Positions 1 to 9,765 of a DNA stretch of 64,000 bases are shown here, in pieces. A program made the position numbers and the translations under genes. How positions within the stretch are numbered: the first letter of the stretch is position 1; the number at the start of each line of letters is the position of its first letter. The DNA comes from an uncultured Chromatiaceae bacterium (GTDB lineage Bacteria > Pseudomonadota > Gammaproteobacteria > Tenderiales > Tenderiaceae), in NCBI GenBank assembly GCA_945787735.1, contig CALZIQ010000004.1, positions 2,075 through 66,074 of the forward strand, given 5' to 3'. The notes under the pieces were generated by a model. The model did not search any database. It was not told where the DNA came from and saw only the letters and a list, made by a program, of their open reading frames with translations.

Positions 1-79
1 ATTCCATTTTTTTACTTCTAATAACTAGAGCGGCACATATCCAACAACTCTTTAATGAGGAATATAACTGGGGGAAAGC

Positions 80-766
80 TTATGGCAGGCAAATGGAAAA
101 CTTGCCCCCACCATTGATGCCATGATTGCTTATCTGGATATGCCCGTGTTGTTGCTTGTTTTGATGGAGTTCCGCCACGACGCGGGCAAAATAGAGGCCG
201 AGACCGGTATTGCCGCTTTGAAAATCTATTGCCGACTGGGAGGCGTTATCAGCCGCGAGCATATTGTCCGGGTAGCCGGGGCCGTCGTCGCTAACGCTAA
301 TGATAAGCTGCGATTGATCAATGCAGGCAGAAAGCAATATTTTATTTTGGGCGTAGCGGCAGGTGTTATTGAGAATGGTGTTCAGAATACCACTCAATAG
401 GGCCTTGTCGAAAAACCAATCCAGTGCGTCATTACACTCAAACTCTGTAGTAAGTTGATGTTGCTCCAGGTTGGATTCATTTCCCAGCACGACATCTTCG
501 AGGCAATCAAAAACATTGTGGCTATCGATATTGAGGAAATATTGTTTGTTCTCGATTCTGTACAAGGAAAGCAGCTGGACAAAACTGTTGTTTAAGCGCA
601 TGCCTTCATCATGCAACTGTTTAAGCGCATAGTGGCCCTGTTGTGAGAGAGTGGCCTCTTTGTCGAGTGAGTCAAGGTTGTTGAGGATGATGCTGAGTGA
701 GTTTTTCATGTCATGCACCGCGCTTGACATGACTGTGGCGAGGTCAATGCTGTTAGAGTTGCTCAT
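80..766 (-). CDS. Soluble sensor histidine kinase (HisKA H-box + HATPase_c), no obvious TM segment
   Basis: 228-aa ORF with H-box 'SAVHDMKNSLSII', G1-like 'SVSDDGPGYP' and G2-like 'GNTGLGLYFARVV'. It starts 2 nt after the stop of the upstream receiver-TPR gene. Confidence 0.7.
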   Translation of the reverse strand: MSNSNSIDLATVMSSAVHDMKNSLSIILNNLDSLDKEATLSQQGHYALKQLHDEGMRLNNSFVQLLSLYRIENKQYFLNIDSHNVFDCLEDVVLGNESNLEQHQLTTEFECNDALDWFFDKALLSGILNTILNNTCRYAQNKILLSACIDQSQLIISVSDDGPGYPDNMLAADNASQSAIDFQSGNTGLGLYFARVVAELHQNKQQHGHIQISNHGINGGGKFSICLP

Positions 767-768
767 GC

Positions 769-2394
769 TTACCCTTCATGCATTTTGTTGACGATATCCC
801 AGTAGGCTTTGTTGAGTAACTGGTGACGTTTTCTAAGTTTTTCATTGTTGCTTGTTTTGTCGAGGCAACGGCGTACCTTTGCCAGTAGGGGTGGCTTGCT
901 GCCCCGCTGCTTGATCAACATGATGTAGGCCTGGGCACTGTTAATATTGATTGCCTGGTTCTCAGGTCCACGCTCGAGTGCCTGTTCAAACAGGGCGACG
1001 GATTCTTCCAATTTGCCATTTTCTAACAATTTCACCCCCTTGTTATTGGTGTCGATGATCTCTTGGCGGATTGCTGTGACAATCTGGTTAACGTTGTTAT
1101 CTGAATCGGCGTCCTTATAGATCTGGCTGACTTTGTCGAGTAGTTCCTGATTATCATGGTTGTTTGTGATCAGTTGTGTCACAAGTTTGTCGGCGATGTC
1201 TGCTTTGCCATTGGCTAGAAATGCCTCGGTTAATTCTATGGCCAGTTCTTTGCTGAGGTGAGACTGATTTTTAGAGAATAGTTCGGCCGCCTCATCGATG
1301 GCTGCCCGGCTCTCTGACTCCCTGCCTATCTGTGAATAAATTTTTCCCTTCGACACAGACGCAGCCAGTTTAGCCTCAGAGTCATTTTTAAAATCATGTT
1401 TAAGCTGGTCGACTATTCTGAGCGCTTCTTTGCTGTTGTCGTTGGCAGTGAGTACATTGGCGAGTTTGGTGTAGTCACTTGATTGACACAAAATTGAATT
1501 TTTTGCTGTGCGCAGGGTTTTTTTGCGTGCACGTTCTGCAATGCTAAGGTTGTTATTCTGCTCTGCTAAGTCTGCTAGCGTGCGTTGGCGTAGGACAGAT
1601 TTTGGCGATCGTTCGATCGCCATTTCTATGGTCTTTTGTGAAGCTTCGGTTTGTCCCTGTATTTGTTGGCATTTGGCCAACCAGTCATAGGCAGAGATAT
1701 AGGCGGCATTTTCCTGGATGAGGTCTTCAAAGATTTGTTTAGCGTCTTCATATGCCTGCTGCAGAAATAGTATCTTACCAAAGCTGAACTTGGCCCAGGG
1801 CAGGTTGCGTTCGGTCATTACCTGTTGGCATAACTCGGTGGCCTCATCATAGCGATGCTCATTAATGAGTAATTCGCATTTCAATTTTAGAAATTCATGT
1901 CGGTGACGCGGTTTGTTATTTATTTCCTCAGTACATAGCGCAATGGCGGTAGTGTTATTGTGTTGGTCCAGTGCCTTGGCTAGTTTTTTCAGGTCACCTT
2001 TTTTATCGAGTAGTTTTTTAATTCGGTTTTGAAGTACTGAATGGGTAAAGGGTTTGGATAGGTAATCATCAGGTTGGTACTCGAGTGCTCCCATAACCAT
2101 GAACGAGGTGTTTTCCGCCGTGACCATGATAAATACGGTCGAGTAGGCTAGCTTGTCGCGTAGCTTGACCTCTTCAAGCACCTGTTGGCCATCCTTGCCG
2201 TCGCCAAGGTTGTAATCGCACAGGATAATGTCGAAGTTGTTCTGGCAGATAATATCAACAGCTTCTTCACCATTACTGGCCATGCTGATATCGTCGGCAC
2301 CATAGGGGACGAGCATACCGCGAATGGTCGAGCGCATCTCGGCAAAGTCATCAACGATGAGTATCTTTTTCCCTTTTAGTGACCAGAGCCCCAT
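769..2394 (-). CDS. Response regulator receiver domain fused to a long TPR-like helical repeat region
   Basis: 541-aa ORF. The N-terminus 'KILIVDDFAEMR...DIILCDYNLGDGKDG...LSKPF' is a CheY-like receiver. The remainder is helical-repeat/TPR-like. Confidence 0.75.
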   Translation of the reverse strand: MGLWSLKGKKILIVDDFAEMRSTIRGMLVPYGADDISMASNGEEAVDIICQNNFDIILCDYNLGDGKDGQQVLEEVKLRDKLAYSTVFIMVTAENTSFMVMGALEYQPDDYLSKPFTHSVLQNRIKKLLDKKGDLKKLAKALDQHNNTTAIALCTEEINNKPRHRHEFLKLKCELLINEHRYDEATELCQQVMTERNLPWAKFSFGKILFLQQAYEDAKQIFEDLIQENAAYISAYDWLAKCQQIQGQTEASQKTIEMAIERSPKSVLRQRTLADLAEQNNNLSIAERARKKTLRTAKNSILCQSSDYTKLANVLTANDNSKEALRIVDQLKHDFKNDSEAKLAASVSKGKIYSQIGRESESRAAIDEAAELFSKNQSHLSKELAIELTEAFLANGKADIADKLVTQLITNNHDNQELLDKVSQIYKDADSDNNVNQIVTAIRQEIIDTNNKGVKLLENGKLEESVALFEQALERGPENQAININSAQAYIMLIKQRGSKPPLLAKVRRCLDKTSNNEKLRKRHQLLNKAYWDIVNKMHEG

Positions 2395-2706
2395 GTGGCA
2401 GAGAAACCTTGTGTAGTTGAATGGGTATCCTTTTATATAGCGCGCGCAGGGTCGAAAAGTTTAGTCTTCTATTCTCTGCTAAATAAATGAGTGTCCAGTG
2501 TTAGAGATGTGTCTGGGGGGTATACCTTAGGGGGGGCTCTGATTAATTCCCTGAAGCGGCACTGTCTGAGCTAAAAAGCAACTAAAATGCATGATTTACT
2601 CCATGCAAAGTCCGCTTTTCCGTGCCTTATTGCCTTGCCATCATCTGCTTGATGAACTTAATCAGATCATCCTTAAGTAACAATGGTCCGAATTTATTTG
2701 TTGCTA

Positions 2707-3750
2707 CTAAGAATTTTTCTTCGGAAAAAGGATAATTCCATCTTTAACTAATTGTTCGTACCAGCAAACCTGGTCGCGACCGTTTTGTTTGGCGAAGTAG
2801 AGTGCGTCGTCGGCACGCCCGAGCACCTTGCTGGGTATGGTTTCATTAGCGATTTCAACAGCGCCGATACTGACACTGATGTTACCAATCAGTGGGAATT
2901 TATGATTTTTCAAGTTTGTCATGAAGCGGTTCAGCGCAATGGTTGCGCCAGTCTTGTCTGTGTTGCGCAGGATCACTACAAACTCTTCCCCGCCAAAACG
3001 AAACAGTTTGTCCGCATTGCGAAAGGTGGTTTGCATTAGGTTCGACATTTCAATCAATACTGTATCACCATGAAGATGGCCATATTGGTCATTGATTCGC
3101 TTGAAATAGTCGATATCAATTTCGGCTAGCCAGTTGTCTTTGCCTTTTTTGTTGGTGCGGCGTTGGGGTAAGTCGGCGGCATTTTCGCAGGATAGCCCGC
3201 TTTGATGCCACTCAGTAAGTATTTTTCCCAAGTCCTGATCGAAGGTGCGACGATTAAGCAGGCCGGTTAAGGTATCGTGCTCACTTTCGTCTAACAAGCG
3301 CAGGTAATTGTTGTAGATCTTGAAATAGCCATCGATGATAGCTTTATTGGATTGGTAATCTGCGTTTCTGCCACACAGGCAGAAGATGCCGCTTACTTTT
3401 CCCTGAAAGTCGCTTATTGGATGTAGATAGGCACACCTGCTTTGATCCTGTTCCACTAGGATTGGTTGTCCCGATTCCAGGCACTTGATCAGCTTTTGAC
3501 GATCCTGCTCGCTGATACTTGGGCTGTCATCTGGTTCGTCTATATGGAGTCCATCACTGTCGAGATAGATGGCAAGATGAAAAATCGGCCTGTTGTATTC
3601 ATAGGTGATTTTGTATAGGTTGATGCGGTCTACGTTGAGAAGATCGTAGAGGCTGCGTGCGAGACTGTTTTCCAGCGCATCACGTTCAGAGTGGCCCGTG
3701 AAGTGTGCAATAGCATCAACAATTCTGTCGGCCGAGCGTTTTTTAGTCAT
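2707..3750 (-). CDS. GGDEF-domain diguanylate cyclase with N-terminal GAF-like sensor region
   Basis: Carries 'RFGGEEFVVIL' with the RxxD I-site 'RNAD' 5 residues upstream. The ATG at 3750 is preceded by 'aaggaga'. The track start at 3765 is an upstream extension. Confidence 0.85.
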   Translation of the reverse strand: MTKKRSADRIVDAIAHFTGHSERDALENSLARSLYDLLNVDRINLYKITYEYNRPIFHLAIYLDSDGLHIDEPDDSPSISEQDRQKLIKCLESGQPILVEQDQSRCAYLHPISDFQGKVSGIFCLCGRNADYQSNKAIIDGYFKIYNNYLRLLDESEHDTLTGLLNRRTFDQDLGKILTEWHQSGLSCENAADLPQRRTNKKGKDNWLAEIDIDYFKRINDQYGHLHGDTVLIEMSNLMQTTFRNADKLFRFGGEEFVVILRNTDKTGATIALNRFMTNLKNHKFPLIGNISVSIGAVEIANETIPSKVLGRADDALYFAKQNGRDQVCWYEQLVKDGIILFPKKNS

Positions 3751-4139
3751 TCTCCTTCCCACCACCTTAAGTCGATCTTGTTTTTGATCTTCTGTTTTTT
3801 TTATATTTTCGTTCTTTATAACACACTAAATTAACCAATAATTAACAATAGTTCAATTATTCACTAATTTAGCCTTTTGGTTTGTGGTGATATTCTCTCG
3901 ACAATTGTTAAAAATATTGAAGTTGTTTTTGTTCTTCACTTTGTCACTTTTTGAGACTGTGTTGGTTTGTGAGCTAGGGAGGAAGACAGGGGTGCGTCTC
4001 GTGGAAGTCGTGAGAATTTACCCTCGGGTGGGTAAGCCTTTCTGCGTAATCTAGAGAACCAAACTATGAATCAACTGTGGAGAAGCTTTTTTCCGGGCTG
4101 GTCGTTGTAATTTAACTTAAGGGAATAGAGCTGTCCGCT

Positions 4140-5225
4140 TTAGAACAACTCAACCTCAGAGGGTGTAATGGCTTTGGCGGGTGAAATTTTGCCTTCAGCA
4201 ACCAGTTTTTCGAAATTGGCAAGCTGGTTACGGCCATGTTTCTTGGCGTAGTAAAGAGCATTATCAGCATGCCCCAGAATCTCGGCCGGAATGGCTTGGT
4301 TGGTAATTTCTACGTAGCCGATGCTGACTGTGACATTGCCCACCTGGGGGAATGCAAATTCTTCGATATTTTTTCGGAAACGCTCGAGTATCAAACGAGC
4401 ATCTGTCTGATTTGTTGTGCGTAAGATGACAACGAATTCCTCACCACCGAAACGAAACATTTTGTCATATGTTCGAAATGTTTTGCGCATGATATTTGAT
4501 AGCAGCAACAAAACCTCATCACCATAGAGGTGGCCATATTTGTCATTGATGTGCTTGAAAAAGTCGATATCAATGACAGCTAGCCAGTTGCCCTTTTTAT
4601 CACTGCTATTCCGTCGGCGGCGGGGCTTATTGTTGTTAGTAAGCAATGAGGGGTCACTCACTTGATGTGATTGAGTTAATATCTTACAAAGATCTCGGTC
4701 AAAGGTGCGCCGGTTCAACAGGCCAGTTAGGGTGTCGTGCTCAGTCTTGTCGATTAGATGTAAATGGTTGCGGTAGATCGTGAATAAGGAAGAGATGAGT
4801 GGTTGGTCGTTATCGGGTGCTGTTTCAAAATTTCGTACACAGAAGATGCTGGTGATCTGATCAAGGTAATTGAAGACAGGGTAGAGCATGGCTGTGTCAT
4901 TTTGTTTGATCGACGTAAAGGTGGTGCATTTTCCTGTGAGGCAGTCGTCGAAGGCTGCAATTCTTTGCTTGTCATGGACTTTTGGCGGCGATTGATCTGC
5001 CCCGTAGACAACTCGTTTGTCGTTCGAGAAATCCAGCATGCAGTAATACTCTGGCTGGTTATATTCGTACAAGACCTTATACAGTTTGATTTGGTCAATA
5101 TTAAGCAGATCTAATAAAAGCTCGGCAAAACCGCTGTCGAACAAGTCGCGATCTGTATGGCTCGTAATCCTGGAGATGGCCTCTGCAACTCGACTCGAGG
5201 AAATTAATTTTTCATCCGAGCTCAT
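4140..5225 (-). CDS. GGDEF-domain diguanylate cyclase, paralog of the 2707-3750 gene
   Basis: 361-aa ORF with 'RFGGEEFVVIL' and I-site 'RTYD'. The N-terminal region is collinear with its neighbour ('LLDLLNIDQIKLYKVLYEYNQP' vs 'LYDLLNVDRINLYKITYEYNRP'). Confidence 0.85.
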   Translation of the reverse strand: MSSDEKLISSSRVAEAISRITSHTDRDLFDSGFAELLLDLLNIDQIKLYKVLYEYNQPEYYCMLDFSNDKRVVYGADQSPPKVHDKQRIAAFDDCLTGKCTTFTSIKQNDTAMLYPVFNYLDQITSIFCVRNFETAPDNDQPLISSLFTIYRNHLHLIDKTEHDTLTGLLNRRTFDRDLCKILTQSHQVSDPSLLTNNNKPRRRRNSSDKKGNWLAVIDIDFFKHINDKYGHLYGDEVLLLLSNIMRKTFRTYDKMFRFGGEEFVVILRTTNQTDARLILERFRKNIEEFAFPQVGNVTVSIGYVEITNQAIPAEILGHADNALYYAKKHGRNQLANFEKLVAEGKISPAKAITPSEVELF

Positions 5226-5488
5226 GTCTGCTTGAGTGTTGCTCTTGTCATATGCCTGAACATTGATATGTCTAGCTAAGGGATCACATTTGAGTTTACG
5301 GCGTCCTTATCCGAATCTTTACCTTACCGATGAAATTCAAGCAACACAACCACTTAATTACAAAGGGGATTTGATGGATCAGCTATAGTTTAGTCAACTA
5401 TTATTAAATGCAATACGTGAGAGAAAGCGCCTTTGCCCGTAGGGTTGGCGTTTCCAGTCTGTTGAAGCCCGGAAGTAAAGACAGAAGT

Positions 5489-7879
5489 TTAGGCTGGGCT
5501 TGTGTGGCTTTTTTGCAGGGTGTTAACTACGGCATCGATGGCGCGTTCGAAAATGGGTAGGTTGTCGACCAGTGCTGCCTGTCCGGAGCGAAATTTGGCG
5601 GCGAGCTGGTTAAAGCTGAAATCGGCAGCGACTTTGAATTTCCAGTTGATAAAGGTACATTCGCCCAACATGCCGCTCTTCCAAGCCAGTTTTATCTTTT
5701 GCGTTTTGCCATTGCTGTCTGTCAAAGAGATCCATTGGCCAGTGCTGAGTTCTTGCACCATGGCCCAGTAGCAGTCATCAATCTCTGGGATGGTTTTGTC
5801 ATTATCTGGTGTCGATGTCATGACAATTTCTTCTATGTCAGATTCAAACAGCTCAGATACGATTGCTTTTTTGCGAGCAATTTCTGCATTGTCTTTGTCT
5901 GGATTAATGTCGCTGAAAACATCACCCAGGAGATCATTTATATCACCGGCTTCAGCCAAACTATTGCGCATGGCGGCAAGTTCATTCTCGATATCTTCCT
6001 GTGTATTGGATGATTGGCCAGCCTCTGAAGCGTCTGCCTTTACTCTCACCGTTTTAAGCTTAGAGTTCTCGCCACGCAGGCTGGCGATATGCAATGCTTC
6101 AAGGTTAGCCAGCAAGGTATCTAACTTTGCCGGAGGGTAATAGATAACTTCCAGTTCTTTGTGCAGTGTATTAACTAGTTGGGGAATCAGTTTGCCTAGC
6201 CTTTGCCTGTCGACTTTGCCGTTATTGGTTTCGGTCGACCAGATTAGCACATCGATAAAACGTAGGTTTTCTTTCCAATGTTCACTGTTTTCACCATCAT
6301 CGAGATAGGTATTGATCATTACTTCTTTCCAAGGGCCATCGATCAGTTCAAATACTGCCTTGGGCAGATGTTTATTTTGAATGGTTGAGGCAATGACATC
6401 AGTAACCCAGGTACGGCTTAGGGCTTGTTGTTCACGCTGTTCAATACGCTTTTTGCTTGTTTCCTGTAATTCCTGCTCACGCTCAGAGTCGGCTTGAATG
6501 AATTGCTCAAACTCGCTTAGCAATTGTTCGAATATGCCTGGATCATCTTTAAAGCCAGTGCAGATACTGTTGACGCTGTCTTCTATCTTTTGAATGAGAG
6601 GGCAACTTTCACTGGTGATGTCATTGCTAAGACCGGCTGCCGATTTTGCCATCTGATTAAGCAGTTTTTTAGCCGGGTGTTCCTTAGAGGCGAAGAAGTC
6701 ACTGTCGACAAGGGCGATTTTGATCATTGGGATTTGCAGGCGTGCCAGTAGCGCCTTCGCGATTGTGGGTAGATTGTCATCATCCAGAATAAAATCAAAC
6801 AGCATGTCAATGATGTTGATAATGTCGTTATCCACCGTGCTAATCTTGCCGACGCTTTTTAAGCTTGATAGCTCATTGTGGAAAGCCTCGGTTGATGTTG
6901 TCAGGTTCAGTTGCTGCAGATTTGATAAAAGTTCGATGACTTCGGTATTTATATTTCGAGTTGCGTGTTCAAGACTGGCTTGTTTGCTGCTATGAAAGCC
7001 CTCTAGCCCCTGTGCGTGCAACAGACTCTGAAGTGTGTTCAACGTGGATGGAGGGTGTGATGATTCCCGGTAGCCTGCGCCGTTGTCGAGAGAATTTTGG
7101 GTCGGGCTAACCGATGAGTTATCTAGCCAGGAAGCTTCTTCCACTCTGGCTTGGTTGTGGTGACTGCTGCCTGGTTGCTTTTCTACCTGCATCTTAAGCT
7201 TTGGCAGAATGCCGGCAGAGATAAACAAAACATTGGTTTCGTCATACAGGGCCTGCAAATTCGACAGTACGTGTTTGTCGAAAAGCTTGTAGATAATGAG
7301 TTTGATCTTAATGTCGGTATTGAGCGATCTGACTGCCTCATCAAAGGCATGGCAAATCGATTTTGGGCCAATAGGAATCAGGTCGATATCTTGTTTGTCG
7401 ATGCTTGAAATTTTGCTAAAGCGCTTCTCAATCGCATACAGTTCACGCGGGTATCGACTTCTGATTTTAGACACCATGCCGTTGATGGCGAGAGATTCTT
7501 CTAGATCAATTTCATCTAAAAGGCTCATTTCGTCAAAGCCCGTTTCAATGGCAGGCGAAGAGTTGTTCAAATTATCTAGAGGTGGTTGAGAAAACTCGTC
7601 AAAGCTTGTGTTTAAATGTAGTTTAAATCCAGACTCAAGGCTTTTACGCGTTCTGCGCAATTCGCGCATGGCATCAAAATACGTGTTTTGCTCTTGGTTG
7701 TTATCCGCCTTGTCCGCGAGTTCAAAAAGGATGTCATCGGCATTGTCCAACATGCGTTGTAGCAATGCGGGCAGATACTTGATAGCGATGTTACGACTCT
7801 CTTCAAGCAAGTATTTGGTTTGAGCAAGTTTCTCTTTTGCTCTAAGCTGGATTACTTTTCCTTGCTGCATATTTTTCAA
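5489..7879 (-). CDS. DUF1631-family protein
   Basis: 796-aa ORF. The N-terminal 'LQRMLDNADDILFELADKADNNQEQNTYFDAMRELRR' matches my recollection of the DUF1631 signature region. Confidence 0.55.
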   Translation of the reverse strand: MKNMQQGKVIQLRAKEKLAQTKYLLEESRNIAIKYLPALLQRMLDNADDILFELADKADNNQEQNTYFDAMRELRRTRKSLESGFKLHLNTSFDEFSQPPLDNLNNSSPAIETGFDEMSLLDEIDLEESLAINGMVSKIRSRYPRELYAIEKRFSKISSIDKQDIDLIPIGPKSICHAFDEAVRSLNTDIKIKLIIYKLFDKHVLSNLQALYDETNVLFISAGILPKLKMQVEKQPGSSHHNQARVEEASWLDNSSVSPTQNSLDNGAGYRESSHPPSTLNTLQSLLHAQGLEGFHSSKQASLEHATRNINTEVIELLSNLQQLNLTTSTEAFHNELSSLKSVGKISTVDNDIINIIDMLFDFILDDDNLPTIAKALLARLQIPMIKIALVDSDFFASKEHPAKKLLNQMAKSAAGLSNDITSESCPLIQKIEDSVNSICTGFKDDPGIFEQLLSEFEQFIQADSEREQELQETSKKRIEQREQQALSRTWVTDVIASTIQNKHLPKAVFELIDGPWKEVMINTYLDDGENSEHWKENLRFIDVLIWSTETNNGKVDRQRLGKLIPQLVNTLHKELEVIYYPPAKLDTLLANLEALHIASLRGENSKLKTVRVKADASEAGQSSNTQEDIENELAAMRNSLAEAGDINDLLGDVFSDINPDKDNAEIARKKAIVSELFESDIEEIVMTSTPDNDKTIPEIDDCYWAMVQELSTGQWISLTDSNGKTQKIKLAWKSGMLGECTFINWKFKVAADFSFNQLAAKFRSGQAALVDNLPIFERAIDAVVNTLQKSHTSPA

Positions 7880-8395
7880 CCTTATACGGTTATTAATAAC
7901 CTGTATTCTCGGATATCTACTGTTGTAGTTAACGTCAACTATAGTGGATGTTTGAGTAGGAGAAAGGGCGTTATTCAGGATGTGTGAAGTGCGTCATGAA
8001 ACGAGTGAGCACTAGTCCTCACTATTAGTGGCTATTGGTAGATTCTGATATTTTTATGAATGCTGACAAAGTCGATTAATTCGTCGCGGAGTGCTTTTTT
8101 CCTGCAACCCCAGAGCTCATCCCATGGTACCAAACGGTTTAAGCCACATTTGCTTGATAGGTTTACGCTGTTGCTTTTAGAGGGCAAGCGCTAGCGAATG
8201 GCTTTGTAATCCAGGGCATCGATTTCGACGTTGATTGCCGCATTGCAGATTTGGGTTTCGAGCGATAAACAGGATGTTTTTGATCGCAGGTCTTTGTTCA
8301 GCGCCCTGAGCTTTTGGTATTCATGCTGATTCTAACTGCGATCATCCGTTTCGGTGGGCAAGTTGGGGATGGCACGAGCTGGATTCTTGCCTGGA

Positions 8396-8761
8396 TCAAC
8401 TGTCAGCGGCGCGGCGTTCCCTTCGTTCTGTTTGCGGTTCAGGATCAGTTTTTCTATCAGGGTCGTCAGCAGCAGAGTAAGAAATTACCACGCTTGGCCC
8501 TGCTAATGCTTTGATGCCTTTGCGGCTTGTCAGGCTGACCATGTTTAAGCGTCCACACTTGGGGCAGGTGGATTTGCGATAAATCGCAATGTGATAAGTA
8601 GTCCAGCCTAGTGGGATCAACATGAGTGGGAAAATGGAGGAAAACATCGACAGGCTGAAAAAAATCATCCACATCAGGATGTCAACGGCAAAGCTCCCCA
8701 TGCCTTGGGTGGTGGGTTGGCCGACGTGGTAACAATTTGTACAGATTCTGTCTTTCATCAT
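8396..8761 (-). CDS. Hypothetical small membrane protein with split zinc-ribbon (CxxC ... CxxC) flanking a hydrophobic hairpin
   Basis: 121-aa ORF with 'CTNCYH' and 'CPKCG' on either side of two hydrophobic segments. I recognise no family. Confidence 0.35.
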   Translation of the reverse strand: MMKDRICTNCYHVGQPTTQGMGSFAVDILMWMIFFSLSMFSSIFPLMLIPLGWTTYHIAIYRKSTCPKCGRLNMVSLTSRKGIKALAGPSVVISYSAADDPDRKTDPEPQTERRERRAADS

Positions 8762-9687
8762 GATTTTCCTGTGGTTAACTGGTTTTTAGCTGTCCACTGC
8801 ATTCCCTTAGCACAACAAAGCGGGTCTTCAGGGCTCTGGGTCTACAAAAAAGCCCCTACATTTTATGTTATCAAATTATTCTCAGAACCTGCGCAGTCTT
8901 TAGCTTAGGTGATGAAATCGCGCCTGTTCTGAACGCTCGCTTAAAGCCTGACCATATAAATAAGGTATGCAAGAAGATCAATCTGATCTGATGGCATTCT
9001 TATTCCGTCATGGCTGGCCTTAGATTGGTGCCTCGGCTGCCTAACGGGCGGCGTTGATTTGCATTTTTCCAATTGACTTGTTTTTGTCGCTAAATTATGT
9101 ACGGCAGACTTCTAGTAATTTCATTGTTGTTATCAAGGAAGTCGAGAAGAGTGCGTGTCACCAAGGGCCGCAGGCATACTTGTTCTGATAGGCGTGATTT
9201 AGCATGTCGCGTAAGTTGACGCTTGGCATTACCTTGCTCCTGCTTTGTTTGTTGCTATCACGCAATTTCTTTCATCTAGCACGACTTCCATCAATTGCAA
9301 TAGTTAGAAGTGATATTTGCATCCAGCGTAGTGATCGTGTTTCAGCTTGCTGGCCATCGATATACGCGGGTCTTAATTGTTTTATTGCTGCACCAAGAGA
9401 CCGCATTTCCCTCAAGATTAAATATGCTTGCTTTTGAGGGTGTGTGGCAGAATATCAGCGAGTTTTCCGCCGCTAGCTGTGTTGGGTTTGGTGATTTGAG
9501 TTTATTAGTATTTATTAAAGGTTGGATGTGGGATTTGGTATGACTATGATTTCTGACTATTTTGCTCGTAATTAAATAGACTTGCTTCTGTGTTTGATTA
9601 GCAATATGATCGCTTCTTGTACCCCATCGATGCATCCACTTGCATTGACAATAATAAATAACAAAGATTCATAACATCAATTGGCAT

Positions 9688-9706
9688 TAATCATCGGCGA
9701 TCATTA
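9688..9706. promoter_or_regulatory. Imperfect inverted repeat TAATCATCG-g-CGATCATTA containing TCA-N7-TCA; candidate LysR/CbbR operator upstream of cbbL
   Basis: 8 of 9 arm positions are complementary. It is centred about 69 nt upstream of the cbbL ATG and fits the TNA-N7-TNA pattern reported for CbbR sites. Confidence 0.2.
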
Positions 9707-9765
9707 GTATTCGCCTGACTAATCGTTTTGAGGTCTCAATCAACCACAGCAGGAGTGAACTGACT

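Noticed and set aside
8070-8335. Minus-strand open frame reading '...NQHEYQKLRALNKDLRSKTSCLSLETQICNAAINVEIDALDYKAIR*' in the 516-bp spacer. It could be a gene remnant.
   Set aside because: It has no start codon, is only about 45 codons between stops, and matches no family I recognise. I cannot support a pseudogene call.
9204-9635. Three overlapping 77-97-aa ORFs in the region upstream of cbbL.
   Set aside because: They are mutually exclusive and lie in AT-rich, low-complexity sequence. None has a Shine-Dalgarno or recognisable domains. I treat the region as non-coding regulatory DNA.
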